Source: Betaproteobacteria bacterium Ga0077527
GTDB lineage: Bacteria > Pseudomonadota > Gammaproteobacteria > Burkholderiales > SG8-41
NCBI GenBank assembly: GCA_001464815.1
Contig: LNDW01000022.1
Location: 76,290-140,289, forward strand
DNA: 64,000 nt
Reading direction: 5' to 3'
Shown here: piece by piece, positions 53,534-61,836 of the stretch
How positions within the stretch are numbered: position 1 is the stretch's first letter
Layout: each line of letters opens with the position of its first letter
The notes under the pieces: generated by a model
Seen by the model: the letters and a program-made list of their open reading frames with translations, nothing else
Databases searched by the model: none
Told to the model about the DNA's origin: nothing
Made by a program: the position numbers and the translations under genes

Positions 53534-54690
53534 GTGTGATCAACCAGATGCTGATCGATCTCGAGCGCCGCCGCGCCTCGGGTGAGGAACGCAACCGCAT
53601 CCCCGACCATGTGCGCGCCCTGCCCGGAGTGCAGCAGCCCGTGATCGACTGGCGATCACCACAACTGCTGGTGATCGCCGCGCTGTGTGTGCTGCTGCCC
53701 GCCGCCGCCGCGCTCTGGTGGTGGCGTGATGCTTTGCCATGGCTGCCGTCCGGCCTGGGGCAGACACTGGTGACGCTGCCGCCGGCCGATGAGTCCGGCG
53801 ACATCACCCGCCGCATGAGCCTGGAACTGGCGCAGTTGCCGCAATCACCGGCCGATGTGGTGGGCGAAGGTTTGAGCACACAATCGGTCATCGTCACCCG
53901 GCCGCCGGACTGGGCCGAGCCGCGTGGTGGCCCGCCGAAACCGGCAGCGGCCGATCCCGTTCCGGCACCTGCGCCCGCCAACGCCACCGCCACCGCCACC
54001 GCGCCACAGCCCGTGATCCCCGCCCCGCCAGCAAGGCCGGTCACCGAGGCTGCGCTGGCGAAGACGGTCAAACCCGAGCCTGCAGCGGCCGGTTCGACGC
54101 AGATCAATCGCCGTGACCGCGAGCAGACACCGCGCCAGCGTGCCGAATATGAATATGCGCGCGGTGCCACCGCGCTGCACCAGGGGCGGGCCGCCGAAGC
54201 ACGCGCCGCCTTTGAGGAGGCCCTGCAGATCGACCCCGCGCTGCACAGCGCGCGCCAGGCGCTGGTCGGATTGCTGGTGGATGCGCGGCAACAGGGCGAT
54301 GCGCTGCGGCTGCTGCAGGAGGGGCTGCAACTGGCGCCGTCGCAGTCCGGCTTCGCGATGATGCTGGCGCGGCTGCAGGTCGAGCGCGGCGAACTTGATG
54401 CCGGCGTGCAGACGCTGGCGCGCAGCCTCGAATACGCCGGCAACAACGCCGATTACGCGGCGTTTTATGCCGGACTGCTGCAGCGCCAGCAGCGCCATGC
54501 CCAGGCCATCGAGATGTTCGACCGCGCGCTGCGCCTGCGTCCCGGTAACGGCATCTGGCTGCTCGGCATGGGACTGTCACTGGAAGCACTGGGGCGCGGC
54601 AACGAGGCCCAGGAAGCTTTCCGCCGCGCGCGGGCCAGCGGCAATCTGCCGGCGGATTTGCAGGGTTACGCCGAGCAGCGGGCCCGTTGA
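53521..54690 (+). CDS. mshN: TPR-repeat pilus biogenesis protein
   Basis: 389 aa with an N-terminal INQMLIDLE motif and a TM segment (LLVIAALCVLLPAAAALWWW). A Pro/Ala-rich linker precedes TPR-like repeats in the C-terminal half. Confidence 0.75.
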   Translation: MAGMSVINQMLIDLERRRASGEERNRIPDHVRALPGVQQPVIDWRSPQLLVIAALCVLLPAAAALWWWRDALPWLPSGLGQTLVTLPPADESGDITRRMSLELAQLPQSPADVVGEGLSTQSVIVTRPPDWAEPRGGPPKPAAADPVPAPAPANATATATAPQPVIPAPPARPVTEAALAKTVKPEPAAAGSTQINRRDREQTPRQRAEYEYARGATALHQGRAAEARAAFEEALQIDPALHSARQALVGLLVDARQQGDALRLLQEGLQLAPSQSGFAMMLARLQVERGELDAGVQTLARSLEYAGNNADYAAFYAGLLQRQQRHAQAIEMFDRALRLRPGNGIWLLGMGLSLEALGRGNEAQEAFRRARASGNLPADLQGYAEQRAR

Positions 54691-54705
54691 TTGCTGCAGC
54701 GGCGG

Positions 54706-55425
54706 CTAGTTTTTTCCGGCCACCGTACGTGCAATCACCCAGCCGCTGACCGACGCGGCACCGGCTTTTTTCAGGCTGCCCGCAAGCTCGCTCATGGTTG
54801 CACCGGTGGTCAGCACGTCATCAACCACCAGCACATGCCGGCCGCGCAGGTCGGCGAGCGTGACAAAGGCGCCGCGGATGTTGCACCGGCGTTGCTGCCA
54901 GGGCAGGCGGGACTGTGGCGCGGTGTCGCGCACCTTGATGCAGACATCGGCATTGATACGGGTGTTCATGTTCATCGAACCCGCCGCAAGTTGCGCCAGT
55001 TGCAGCGCCTGGTTGAAACCGCGTTCGCGCAGTCTTGCGGCCGACAGCGGCATCGGCACGATGAGGTCGGCTTGTGTGGGTGCGTGATGTGCGAGCAGCG
55101 CTGCCAGGCTGCGCAGCAGATGCAGCCGTCCGCCGTATTTCGCGCGCTGGATCAGGCCGTCGAGCGGCGGGGCGTAGCGGCAGGCGGCAATGACGTGATC
55201 GAAGTGCGGCGGATCGGCGAGGCAGCGTCCGCAGACGCCGGGCGCCGGCAGCGGATGTGCGCACTGCACGCATTGCGCGGCGTCCAGCCAGGGCAGCTCG
55301 GCGCGGCAGCCGGCACAGAAACCATCAGCTTCACCGCGACCGCCGCAACAGACGCAGCCGGCGCCAAGAATGGCCCCCAGCTTGTCAAAAAGACCGGCTC
55401 TGAAATTTGACAGAAACCCTTGCAT
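54706..55425 (-). CDS. comF: ComF-family protein (zinc-finger + phosphoribosyltransferase fold)
   Basis: 239 aa. N-terminal Cys clusters are CVCC..CAGC..CVQC..CGRC. PRTase motif: HVLVVDDVLTTGATM. Confidence 0.8.
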   Translation of the reverse strand: MQGFLSNFRAGLFDKLGAILGAGCVCCGGRGEADGFCAGCRAELPWLDAAQCVQCAHPLPAPGVCGRCLADPPHFDHVIAACRYAPPLDGLIQRAKYGGRLHLLRSLAALLAHHAPTQADLIVPMPLSAARLRERGFNQALQLAQLAAGSMNMNTRINADVCIKVRDTAPQSRLPWQQRRCNIRGAFVTLADLRGRHVLVVDDVLTTGATMSELAGSLKKAGAASVSGWVIARTVAGKN

Positions 55426-55442
55426 CTGGCAGGATGTTATCT

Positions 55443-55464
55443 ATAAGTTATTGTTTTTATTGAT
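55443..55464 (-). repeat. AT-rich 22-mer (reverse complement ATCAATAAAAACAATAACTTAT) in the comF-bioB divergent promoter region
   Basis: It is identical to the polA-internal copy 8031..8052 at 21/22 positions. Confidence 0.5.
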
Positions 55465-55496
55465 ATTTTATATATAAATTCAGATCGGACTCCGGC

Positions 55497-56546
55497 ATGG
55501 ACACCCTCAGCACCTCGACCCCTGGCAGCCAGTCTCTGGATACCCATAACGGCTGCGCCGCCAATAAGACCGACAGCGCCGGCTGCGCGCCGCGCTGGAC
55601 CGTGCCCGAAATCGAGTCATTGTTTGCGCTGCCCTTCAACGATCTGTTGTTCCGTGCGCAGCAGGTGCATCGCGAGCATCAGCCGGCGAATGCGGTGCAG
55701 CTGTCCACACTGCTGTCGATCAAAACCGGCGGCTGTTCCGAGGACTGCGGTTACTGCCCGCAGGCGGCGCGTTACCACACCGGTGTCGAGAACCAGCCGC
55801 TGATGGAAGTCGAGGACGTCGTGGCCGCCGCAAAACAGGCGCGCGAGCACGGCGCGACGCGCTTCTGCATGGGTGCCGCCTGGCGCAGCCCCAAGCAGCG
55901 CGATCTCGACAAGGTGGTCGCGATGGTGAAGGCGGTGCGCGGCCTCGGCATGGAAACCTGCGCGACGCTGGGCATGCTCAAGCCCGGCCAGGCCGGGCAG
56001 TTGCGTGAGGCGGGGCTCGATTACTACAACCACAACATCGATACCGCCGAGGACAACTACGCGAACATCATCTCGACGCGTGATTATGCGGATCGCATCG
56101 ACACGCTGGAGCAGGTGCGTGATGCCGGCATGCATGTCTGCTGCGGCGGCATCGTCGGCATGGGCGAGACGCGCACCGCACGCGCCAAGCTGATTGCCCA
56201 GCTGGCCAACATGTCGCCGTACCCGGAGTCGGTGCCGATCAACAACCTGGTGCAGGTGCCGGGCACCCCGCTCGACGGCACCGACAAACTCGATCCGCTG
56301 GAATTTGTGCGCACCATTGCCTGCGCGCGCATCACCATGCCGAAGGCGATGGTGCGTTTGTCCGCAGGCCGCCAGGAACTCGGTGATGCGGTGCAGGCCC
56401 TTTGTTTCATGGCCGGCGCGAATTCGATTTTTTACGGCGAAAAACTGCTCACCACCGGCAACCCCGATGTCGAGAACGACCGCGCGCTGTTTGCGCGTCT
56501 TGGCCTGAAGCCGCTGGACCCGTCGCCGGGCGAGCCCGCGGCCTGA
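55497..56546 (+). CDS. bioB: Biotin synthase (radical SAM)
   Basis: 349 aa. Motifs: [31 protein letters not shown]. Confidence 0.95.
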   Translation: MDTLSTSTPGSQSLDTHNGCAANKTDSAGCAPRWTVPEIESLFALPFNDLLFRAQQVHREHQPANAVQLSTLLSIKTGGCSEDCGYCPQAARYHTGVENQPLMEVEDVVAAAKQAREHGATRFCMGAAWRSPKQRDLDKVVAMVKAVRGLGMETCATLGMLKPGQAGQLREAGLDYYNHNIDTAEDNYANIISTRDYADRIDTLEQVRDAGMHVCCGGIVGMGETRTARAKLIAQLANMSPYPESVPINNLVQVPGTPLDGTDKLDPLEFVRTIACARITMPKAMVRLSAGRQELGDAVQALCFMAGANSIFYGEKLLTTGNPDVENDRALFARLGLKPLDPSPGEPAA

Positions 56547-56563
56547 GGCTGCCGGGCATCACC

Positions 56564-57733
56564 ATGACCTTCGAGCAGGAACTCGCCGCCGATCTCGCGG
56601 CACGCGAGGCGGCAGGGCTGCGCCGTGTGCGCCGGCGGCTGGATACACCGCAGCGCGCGCAGGTCGATGTCGACGGCCGTCATTACATCGCCTTCTGTTC
56701 CAACGATTACCTCGGTCTTGCCGCCGATCCGCGCCTCGCTGCCGCCGCGCGCGAAGCGTTGATGCTGTATGGCGTCGGTGCCGGTGCCTCGCATCTGATA
56801 CTCGGACACAGCCGCGCGCACCAGGAGCTGGAGGATGCACTCGCTGCATTTGCCGGTATGCCCGCGGCACTGCTGTTTTCCACCGGCTACATGGCCAATC
56901 TCGGTGTGATCAGTGCCTTGGTCGGGCGCGGTGATGCGGTGTTCGCCGACCGTCTGAACCATGCTTCGCTGAATGACGCGGTGCTGTTGTCGCGTGCCGC
57001 GTTCAAGCGTTATCCGCACAACGACCTTGCCGCGCTCGAGCGCCTGCTGGCGACCACACCGGCACGCCGCCGCCTGGTTGCCGTCGATGCGGTGTTCAGC
57101 ATGGATGGCGACATCGCGCCGGTGCGTGAACTGCTTGCCCTGTGCGAGCGGCATGATGCGCTGCTCTACCTCGATGATGCGCACGGCTTCGGCGTGCTCG
57201 GTGAACAGGGGCGCGGCACGTTGTCTCACTTCAACCTGTCCCATTCCAGCATCATCTCGCCGCGCATTGTCTACATGGCGACACTGGGCAAGGCCGCTGG
57301 TGTCAGCGGTGCTTTTGTCGCGGGCTCTGCAGTCATCATCGAGACCCTGCTGCAGCAGGCGCGTACTTACATCTACACCACGGCTGCGCCGCCATTACTT
57401 GCGCATACGCTGCTCGCCAGCCTTGAAATCATTGCCGCCGGTGACGAGCGCCGCGCGCAGCTGCGCGCGCGTATCGCACAATTGCAGGAGGGGCTGGCCG
57501 GCCTGCCGTGGCCGCTGCTGCCCTCGGAGACACCGATCCAGCCGCTGATCGTCGGCGACAACCGGCAGGTGCTGGCGCTGTCAGCGAAACTCGCGGAGCA
57601 GGGGTTGCTGGTGCCGGCGATCCGGCCACCGACGGTGCCGCAGGGCAGCGCGCGGCTGCGGATTTCGCTGTCGGCCGATCACAGCAAGGCAGATGTCGCG
57701 CGGCTGGTGACGGCCTTGCGCGAGGCGGCGTAA
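56564..57733 (+). CDS. bioF: 8-amino-7-oxononanoate synthase
   Basis: Track ORF 56402..57733. I prefer the ATG at 56564. Motifs: FCSNDYLGLA, YLDDAHGFGVLG, PLP-lysine context ATLGKAAG. Confidence 0.92.
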   Translation: MTFEQELAADLAAREAAGLRRVRRRLDTPQRAQVDVDGRHYIAFCSNDYLGLAADPRLAAAAREALMLYGVGAGASHLILGHSRAHQELEDALAAFAGMPAALLFSTGYMANLGVISALVGRGDAVFADRLNHASLNDAVLLSRAAFKRYPHNDLAALERLLATTPARRRLVAVDAVFSMDGDIAPVRELLALCERHDALLYLDDAHGFGVLGEQGRGTLSHFNLSHSSIISPRIVYMATLGKAAGVSGAFVAGSAVIIETLLQQARTYIYTTAAPPLLAHTLLASLEIIAAGDERRAQLRARIAQLQEGLAGLPWPLLPSETPIQPLIVGDNRQVLALSAKLAEQGLLVPAIRPPTVPQGSARLRISLSADHSKADVARLVTALREAA

Positions 57734-58464
57734 TGGCCTTGCCGGTGGTGTGCCTGCACGGCTGGGGGAGTGACAGCCGGGTATGGCCCGAGGGGATAAA
57801 AAATAATAAGCAAAATCAAATACTTGTAATCAATCTCCCGGGATATGGTGCAAGTCCGTCAGCACCGGAGAAAAGTTTTGATGCGGCGCTGGCGCAGGTT
57901 GCAGCCGCTGCGCCCGCGCACTGCCACGTGCTGGGCTGGTCGCTGGGTGCACAATTCGCGCTGGCCTGGGCGGCGCGTTACCCGGCACAGGTGGAGCGGC
58001 TGGTGTTGATTGCGGCAACACCGCGATTTGTCGCTGCGCCCGGCTGGCCGCAGGGCATGACCGCGGAAACCTTCAATGCCTTCGCCGAAGCGCTGGCACG
58101 GGAACCCGGCCCGACCTGGCGGCGTTTTCTGCGCCTCCAGGCGCAGGGAGATGCCGCTGCAAAAACGGTGGTGCGCGCGCTGGATGCCGCGCTGGGTGCT
58201 GCGCCGCCGGCAGGCACCGCAGTGTTATGCGATTCGCTGAGCTGGTTGCGTGACAACGATCTGCGCGCCGCTTGCCGCACGATTGCGCAACCCTGCCTGC
58301 TGCTGCATGGCCGTGAAGATCACATCACGCCACCTGCCGCGGGTGAATGGCTGTCGGTGCAACTGCCAGCGGCGCGGCTGTGCATGATCGATGGCGCGTC
58401 CCATGTGCCGTTTCTGTCGGCGCCGGCAGTGGTGGGAAAAGAAGTTGCGCAGTTCCTGCAATGA
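57733..58464 (+). CDS. bioH: Pimeloyl-ACP methyl ester carboxylesterase (alpha/beta hydrolase)
   Basis: Track ORF 57508..58464. I prefer the ATG at 57733, which overlaps the bioF stop (TAATG). It starts LHGWG and has the nucleophile elbow GWSLG. The position between bioF and bioC fits. Confidence 0.8.
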   Translation: MALPVVCLHGWGSDSRVWPEGIKNNKQNQILVINLPGYGASPSAPEKSFDAALAQVAAAAPAHCHVLGWSLGAQFALAWAARYPAQVERLVLIAATPRFVAAPGWPQGMTAETFNAFAEALAREPGPTWRRFLRLQAQGDAAAKTVVRALDAALGAAPPAGTAVLCDSLSWLRDNDLRAACRTIAQPCLLLHGREDHITPPAAGEWLSVQLPAARLCMIDGASHVPFLSAPAVVGKEVAQFLQ

Positions 58465-58486
58465 GTTCCTGCAATGATTTGCTGTC

Positions 58487-59350
58487 ATGAGTGAGGCCAC
58501 CCTGATCGACAAGCGCGCGGTGCGCCGTTCCTTCGACCGCGCGGCGGCAACCTATGATGCGGCCGCGGTGCTGCAGCAGGAGGTCTGCACACGCAGTCTC
58601 GACCGGCTGCAGTTCATCAAACTCGAGCCGCGGCGCGTGCTTGATGCCGGTTGCGGCACCGGCAATGCCTGGCCCGGGCTGATGTTGCGTTTTCCAGGCG
58701 CTGAACTGCTGGCACTGGATCTCGCGCCGGCGATGCTGCGGCAGGCGCAAAGCCGCATGCCCTGGCACCGGCGCTGGCTGGGGCGGCTGCCCGCCACCGT
58801 CTGCGGCGATCTTGAGCAGTTGCCGCTGGCGGCAGGCAGTGTCAATTTCGCCTGGAGCAATCTTGCGCTGCAATGGGCCAATGACCTGCCGTTGGCATTC
58901 CGTGAGCTGAAGCGGGTGCTGGCACCCGGCGGTCTGCTGTTGTTCACCACCTTCGGCCCCGACACACTGAAGGAGTTGCGCGCGGCACAGCCCGACAGCG
59001 GCAGCGGTGGGTTCAACCGCTACACCGACATGCATGACATCGGCGACATGCTGGTCGCCGCGGGTTTTGCCGATCCGGTGATCGACATGGAGCCGTTCAC
59101 GCTGACCTATGGCGATGTACGCGCGGTGATGCGCGACCTGAAGGCGATTGGCGCGCACAGCGCTGCGGCGGATCGTCCGGCGGCGCTGACCGGCAAGGCC
59201 TGGCTGGCCGCGGTGGAACGCAATTACGAAGCCTTCCGCAGGGATGGCCGTTTGCCGGCCACCTTCGAGGTGATCTACGGCCATGCCTGGTGCCCGCAGC
59301 CACGTACCGGTCCCGGCGGCAGGCCGGTGATCGAGATCCGGAGTGGCTGA
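58487..59350 (+). CDS. bioC: Malonyl-ACP O-methyltransferase
   Basis: 287 aa. Motifs: RRSFDRAAATYD, SAM motif VLDAGCGTG, NLALQWANDL. Confidence 0.85.
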   Translation: MSEATLIDKRAVRRSFDRAAATYDAAAVLQQEVCTRSLDRLQFIKLEPRRVLDAGCGTGNAWPGLMLRFPGAELLALDLAPAMLRQAQSRMPWHRRWLGRLPATVCGDLEQLPLAAGSVNFAWSNLALQWANDLPLAFRELKRVLAPGGLLLFTTFGPDTLKELRAAQPDSGSGGFNRYTDMHDIGDMLVAAGFADPVIDMEPFTLTYGDVRAVMRDLKAIGAHSAAADRPAALTGKAWLAAVERNYEAFRRDGRLPATFEVIYGHAWCPQPRTGPGGRPVIEIRSG

Positions 59351-59358
59351 CGGTGAAG

Positions 59359-60072
59359 ATGGTGAAAGCGGTCAAGGGGGTGTTCGTAACCGGCACCGAC
59401 ACCGGTGTCGGCAAGACGCTGGTGGCGACGCTGCTGCTGCGTGCTTTTGGCGAGCAGGGCTGGCGCACGGCGGCGATGAAGCCGGTGGCCGCCGGCGCGC
59501 GGCGCCGCGGCAGCGCCTGGATCAATGACGATGTCGAGCGGCTGCGTGCGGCTGCCAGCGTCCGTTCACCACGCGCGCTGGTCAATCCGTACTGCTTTGC
59601 GCCGCCGATCGCGCCGCACATTGCCGCGGGCGAGGCCGGTGTGTCGATCAGCCTGCCGCGTATCCGCGAGGCGTACCGCAGGCTCGCGCGCAATGCCGAC
59701 ATCGTGGTCATCGAGGGTGCCGGCGGACTGTTGGTGCCGCTGGGTAGTAACAGCGATACCGCCGACCTGCCGCGGCTGCTTGAACTGCCGGTGGTGCTGG
59801 TGGTCGGCCTGCGTCTGGGCTGCATCAACCATGCGCTGCTCACGGTGGCGGCAATGCAGGCGCGTGGGTTGCAGCTTGCCGGCTGGATCGGCAACTGTGT
59901 TTTGCCGCGCATGGCGCGGCGCGCTGAAAACATCGAGGCCCTGCGGGAACGCATCAATGCGCCCCTGCTCGGCGTTGTTGCGCATCGGCGTGGTTTGAAT
60001 CCGAGGCCGTCCGAGAATCGACTGGACATTGACCCGCTGATCCGGGTCATTTCAGAGAGAAAACCGAACTGA
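59359..60072 (+). CDS. bioD: Dethiobiotin synthetase
   Basis: Track ORF 59290..60072. I prefer the ATG at 59359. Motifs: VFVTGTDTGVGKT, IEGAGGLLVP. Confidence 0.9.
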   Translation: MVKAVKGVFVTGTDTGVGKTLVATLLLRAFGEQGWRTAAMKPVAAGARRRGSAWINDDVERLRAAASVRSPRALVNPYCFAPPIAPHIAAGEAGVSISLPRIREAYRRLARNADIVVIEGAGGLLVPLGSNSDTADLPRLLELPVVLVVGLRLGCINHALLTVAAMQARGLQLAGWIGNCVLPRMARRAENIEALRERINAPLLGVVAHRRGLNPRPSENRLDIDPLIRVISERKPN

Positions 60073-60140
60073 TTCAATGGGTTTCCGGGTTGCGACCCGA
60101 CCCTCCGATGTGCTAAATTGAACAGGGTTTCAAAAGGTGA

Positions 60141-60644
60141 TTGCGCGTGCAAACGATGCAGTGGCCGCAGCGGCCGGTTCTCGACTCGGATGTGTCCTGC
60201 GAAGGCGCCGGTTTGCGCTATTTCAGGCGCCGCTGCAGTTCGTTTGACGGTCGGCTGCTTGGTCTGGTGTTTGGGTCCCTTGCATTTTTTTCTATCGCGG
60301 TGTCACTGGTTTTTGCGTTTGCTGGCGCGTGGCTGATCGTTCCGTTTGCCGGACTTGAGGTTGCCGGCCTTGCATTTTCGGCGTGGTGGGTGTTGCGACG
60401 CTCGCGCGATTTCGAGCGCATCGCCTGCGATGGAGACCGGATCCTGGTCGAGGCCAGTGAACAGGGGCGATTGCAACGCGCCGAGTTGAATCGTTGCTGG
60501 GCGAAGCTGGTAACGGCTGCGGACGGTTCGTTGGCCCTGCGCTCACACGGGCGTGAGGTTGTCATCGGGCGTTATTGTGGTGAACAGACCCGGCAGGCGC
60601 TGGTGCGGGAACTGCGAAGCCGCCTCGGGGCGCAGGGGATTTAG
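60141..60644 (+). CDS. DUF2244-like membrane protein associated with cytochrome oxidase operons
   Basis: 167-aa ORF with an ambiguous start: TTG 60141, GTG 60147 (6 nt after AAGGTGA) or ATG 60156. It has two adjacent TM helices followed by a soluble tail. The position directly upstream of coxB fits the family. Confidence 0.65.
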   Translation: MRVQTMQWPQRPVLDSDVSCEGAGLRYFRRRCSSFDGRLLGLVFGSLAFFSIAVSLVFAFAGAWLIVPFAGLEVAGLAFSAWWVLRRSRDFERIACDGDRILVEASEQGRLQRAELNRCWAKLVTAADGSLALRSHGREVVIGRYCGEQTRQALVRELRSRLGAQGI

Positions 60645-60674
60645 CGGGTCAACAGGTAACGGGAGCGGTAAAGA

Positions 60675-61814
60675 ATGAGCAAGAAGTGGATGCAAAAGAG
60701 CACGGCAGCCCTCGCGCTGTTCCTCTGGTCGGTTGCGGCGATGGCCGAATACAAGCTGAATCTGCAGACACCGCAGACCGTTCTCGGCGAAAAAATCTAC
60801 GACCTGCACACCATCATCACCATCGTCTGCTTCGTGATTTTCATCGGTGTCTTCGGCTTCATGTTCTACTCGGTGTTCAAGCACCGCAAATCAGTGGGAC
60901 ACAAGGCCGCGCAGTTTCACGAAAACACCGCCGTGGAGGTGGCGTGGACGCTGATCCCCTTCCTGATCCTGATCGCAATGGCGGTGCCCGCCACCGGCAC
61001 GCTGATCGCGATGCGCGACACCTCCGAGCCTGACATGACGATCAAGGCCACCGGCTACCAGTGGAAATGGGGCTATGACTACCTGAAGGGCGAGGGCGAG
61101 GGCATCAGCTTCTACAGCAACCTGTCCACGCCGCGTGCCCAGATCGACGGCACCGACATCGCCGGGCGCAACGCCAATCCGCATTACCTGCTGGAGACCG
61201 ACACCCATGTAGTGGTGCCTGTCGGGAAGAAGGTGCGCGTGCTGGTGACTGCGGCCGACGTGATCCACGCCTGGTATGTGCCGGCGCTGGCGGTGAAGCA
61301 GGACGCCGTGCCCGGTTTCATCCGCGACACCTGGTTCAAGGCCGAGAAGGCCGGCATCTACCGCGGGCAGTGCGCCGAGCTCTGCGGCCGCGACCACGGC
61401 TTCATGCCGATCGTTGTCGAGGTGATGGAGCCCGCCCAATACAGTGCCTGGGTCGCCGAGCAGCAGAAAAAGATGGCCGCCAACAAGGTTGATCCGAACA
61501 AGACCTGGACCCTTGATGACCTTAAGGTTCATGGCCAGAAAATCTATGCCCAGAACTGCGTCGCCTGCCACCAGGCCACCGGCATGGGCGTGCCGAATGC
61601 CTTTCCCGCGCTCGCCGGTTCCAAGGTTGTGCTCGGCGACAAGGCCGAGCAGATCAAGCTGCTGCTCGCCGGCAAGCAGGGCACTGCGATGGCGTCCTAC
61701 AAGCAACTGTCGGACGTCGATCTCGCCGGCGTGATCACTTACACCCGCAACGCCTGGTCGAACAAGACCGGCGAAGCGATCGCGCCGGCCGAAATCAAGG
61801 CCGCCCGCAACTGA
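60675..61814 (+). CDS. coxB: Cytochrome c oxidase subunit II with fused C-terminal cytochrome c domain
   Basis: 379 aa. CuA site: HAWYVP..CAELCGRDHGFM. Heme-c site: CVACHQ. Confidence 0.93.
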   Translation: MSKKWMQKSTAALALFLWSVAAMAEYKLNLQTPQTVLGEKIYDLHTIITIVCFVIFIGVFGFMFYSVFKHRKSVGHKAAQFHENTAVEVAWTLIPFLILIAMAVPATGTLIAMRDTSEPDMTIKATGYQWKWGYDYLKGEGEGISFYSNLSTPRAQIDGTDIAGRNANPHYLLETDTHVVVPVGKKVRVLVTAADVIHAWYVPALAVKQDAVPGFIRDTWFKAEKAGIYRGQCAELCGRDHGFMPIVVEVMEPAQYSAWVAEQQKKMAANKVDPNKTWTLDDLKVHGQKIYAQNCVACHQATGMGVPNAFPALAGSKVVLGDKAEQIKLLLAGKQGTAMASYKQLSDVDLAGVITYTRNAWSNKTGEAIAPAEIKAARN

Positions 61815-61836
61815 TACCAGGTTCCAGGAGAACGCA

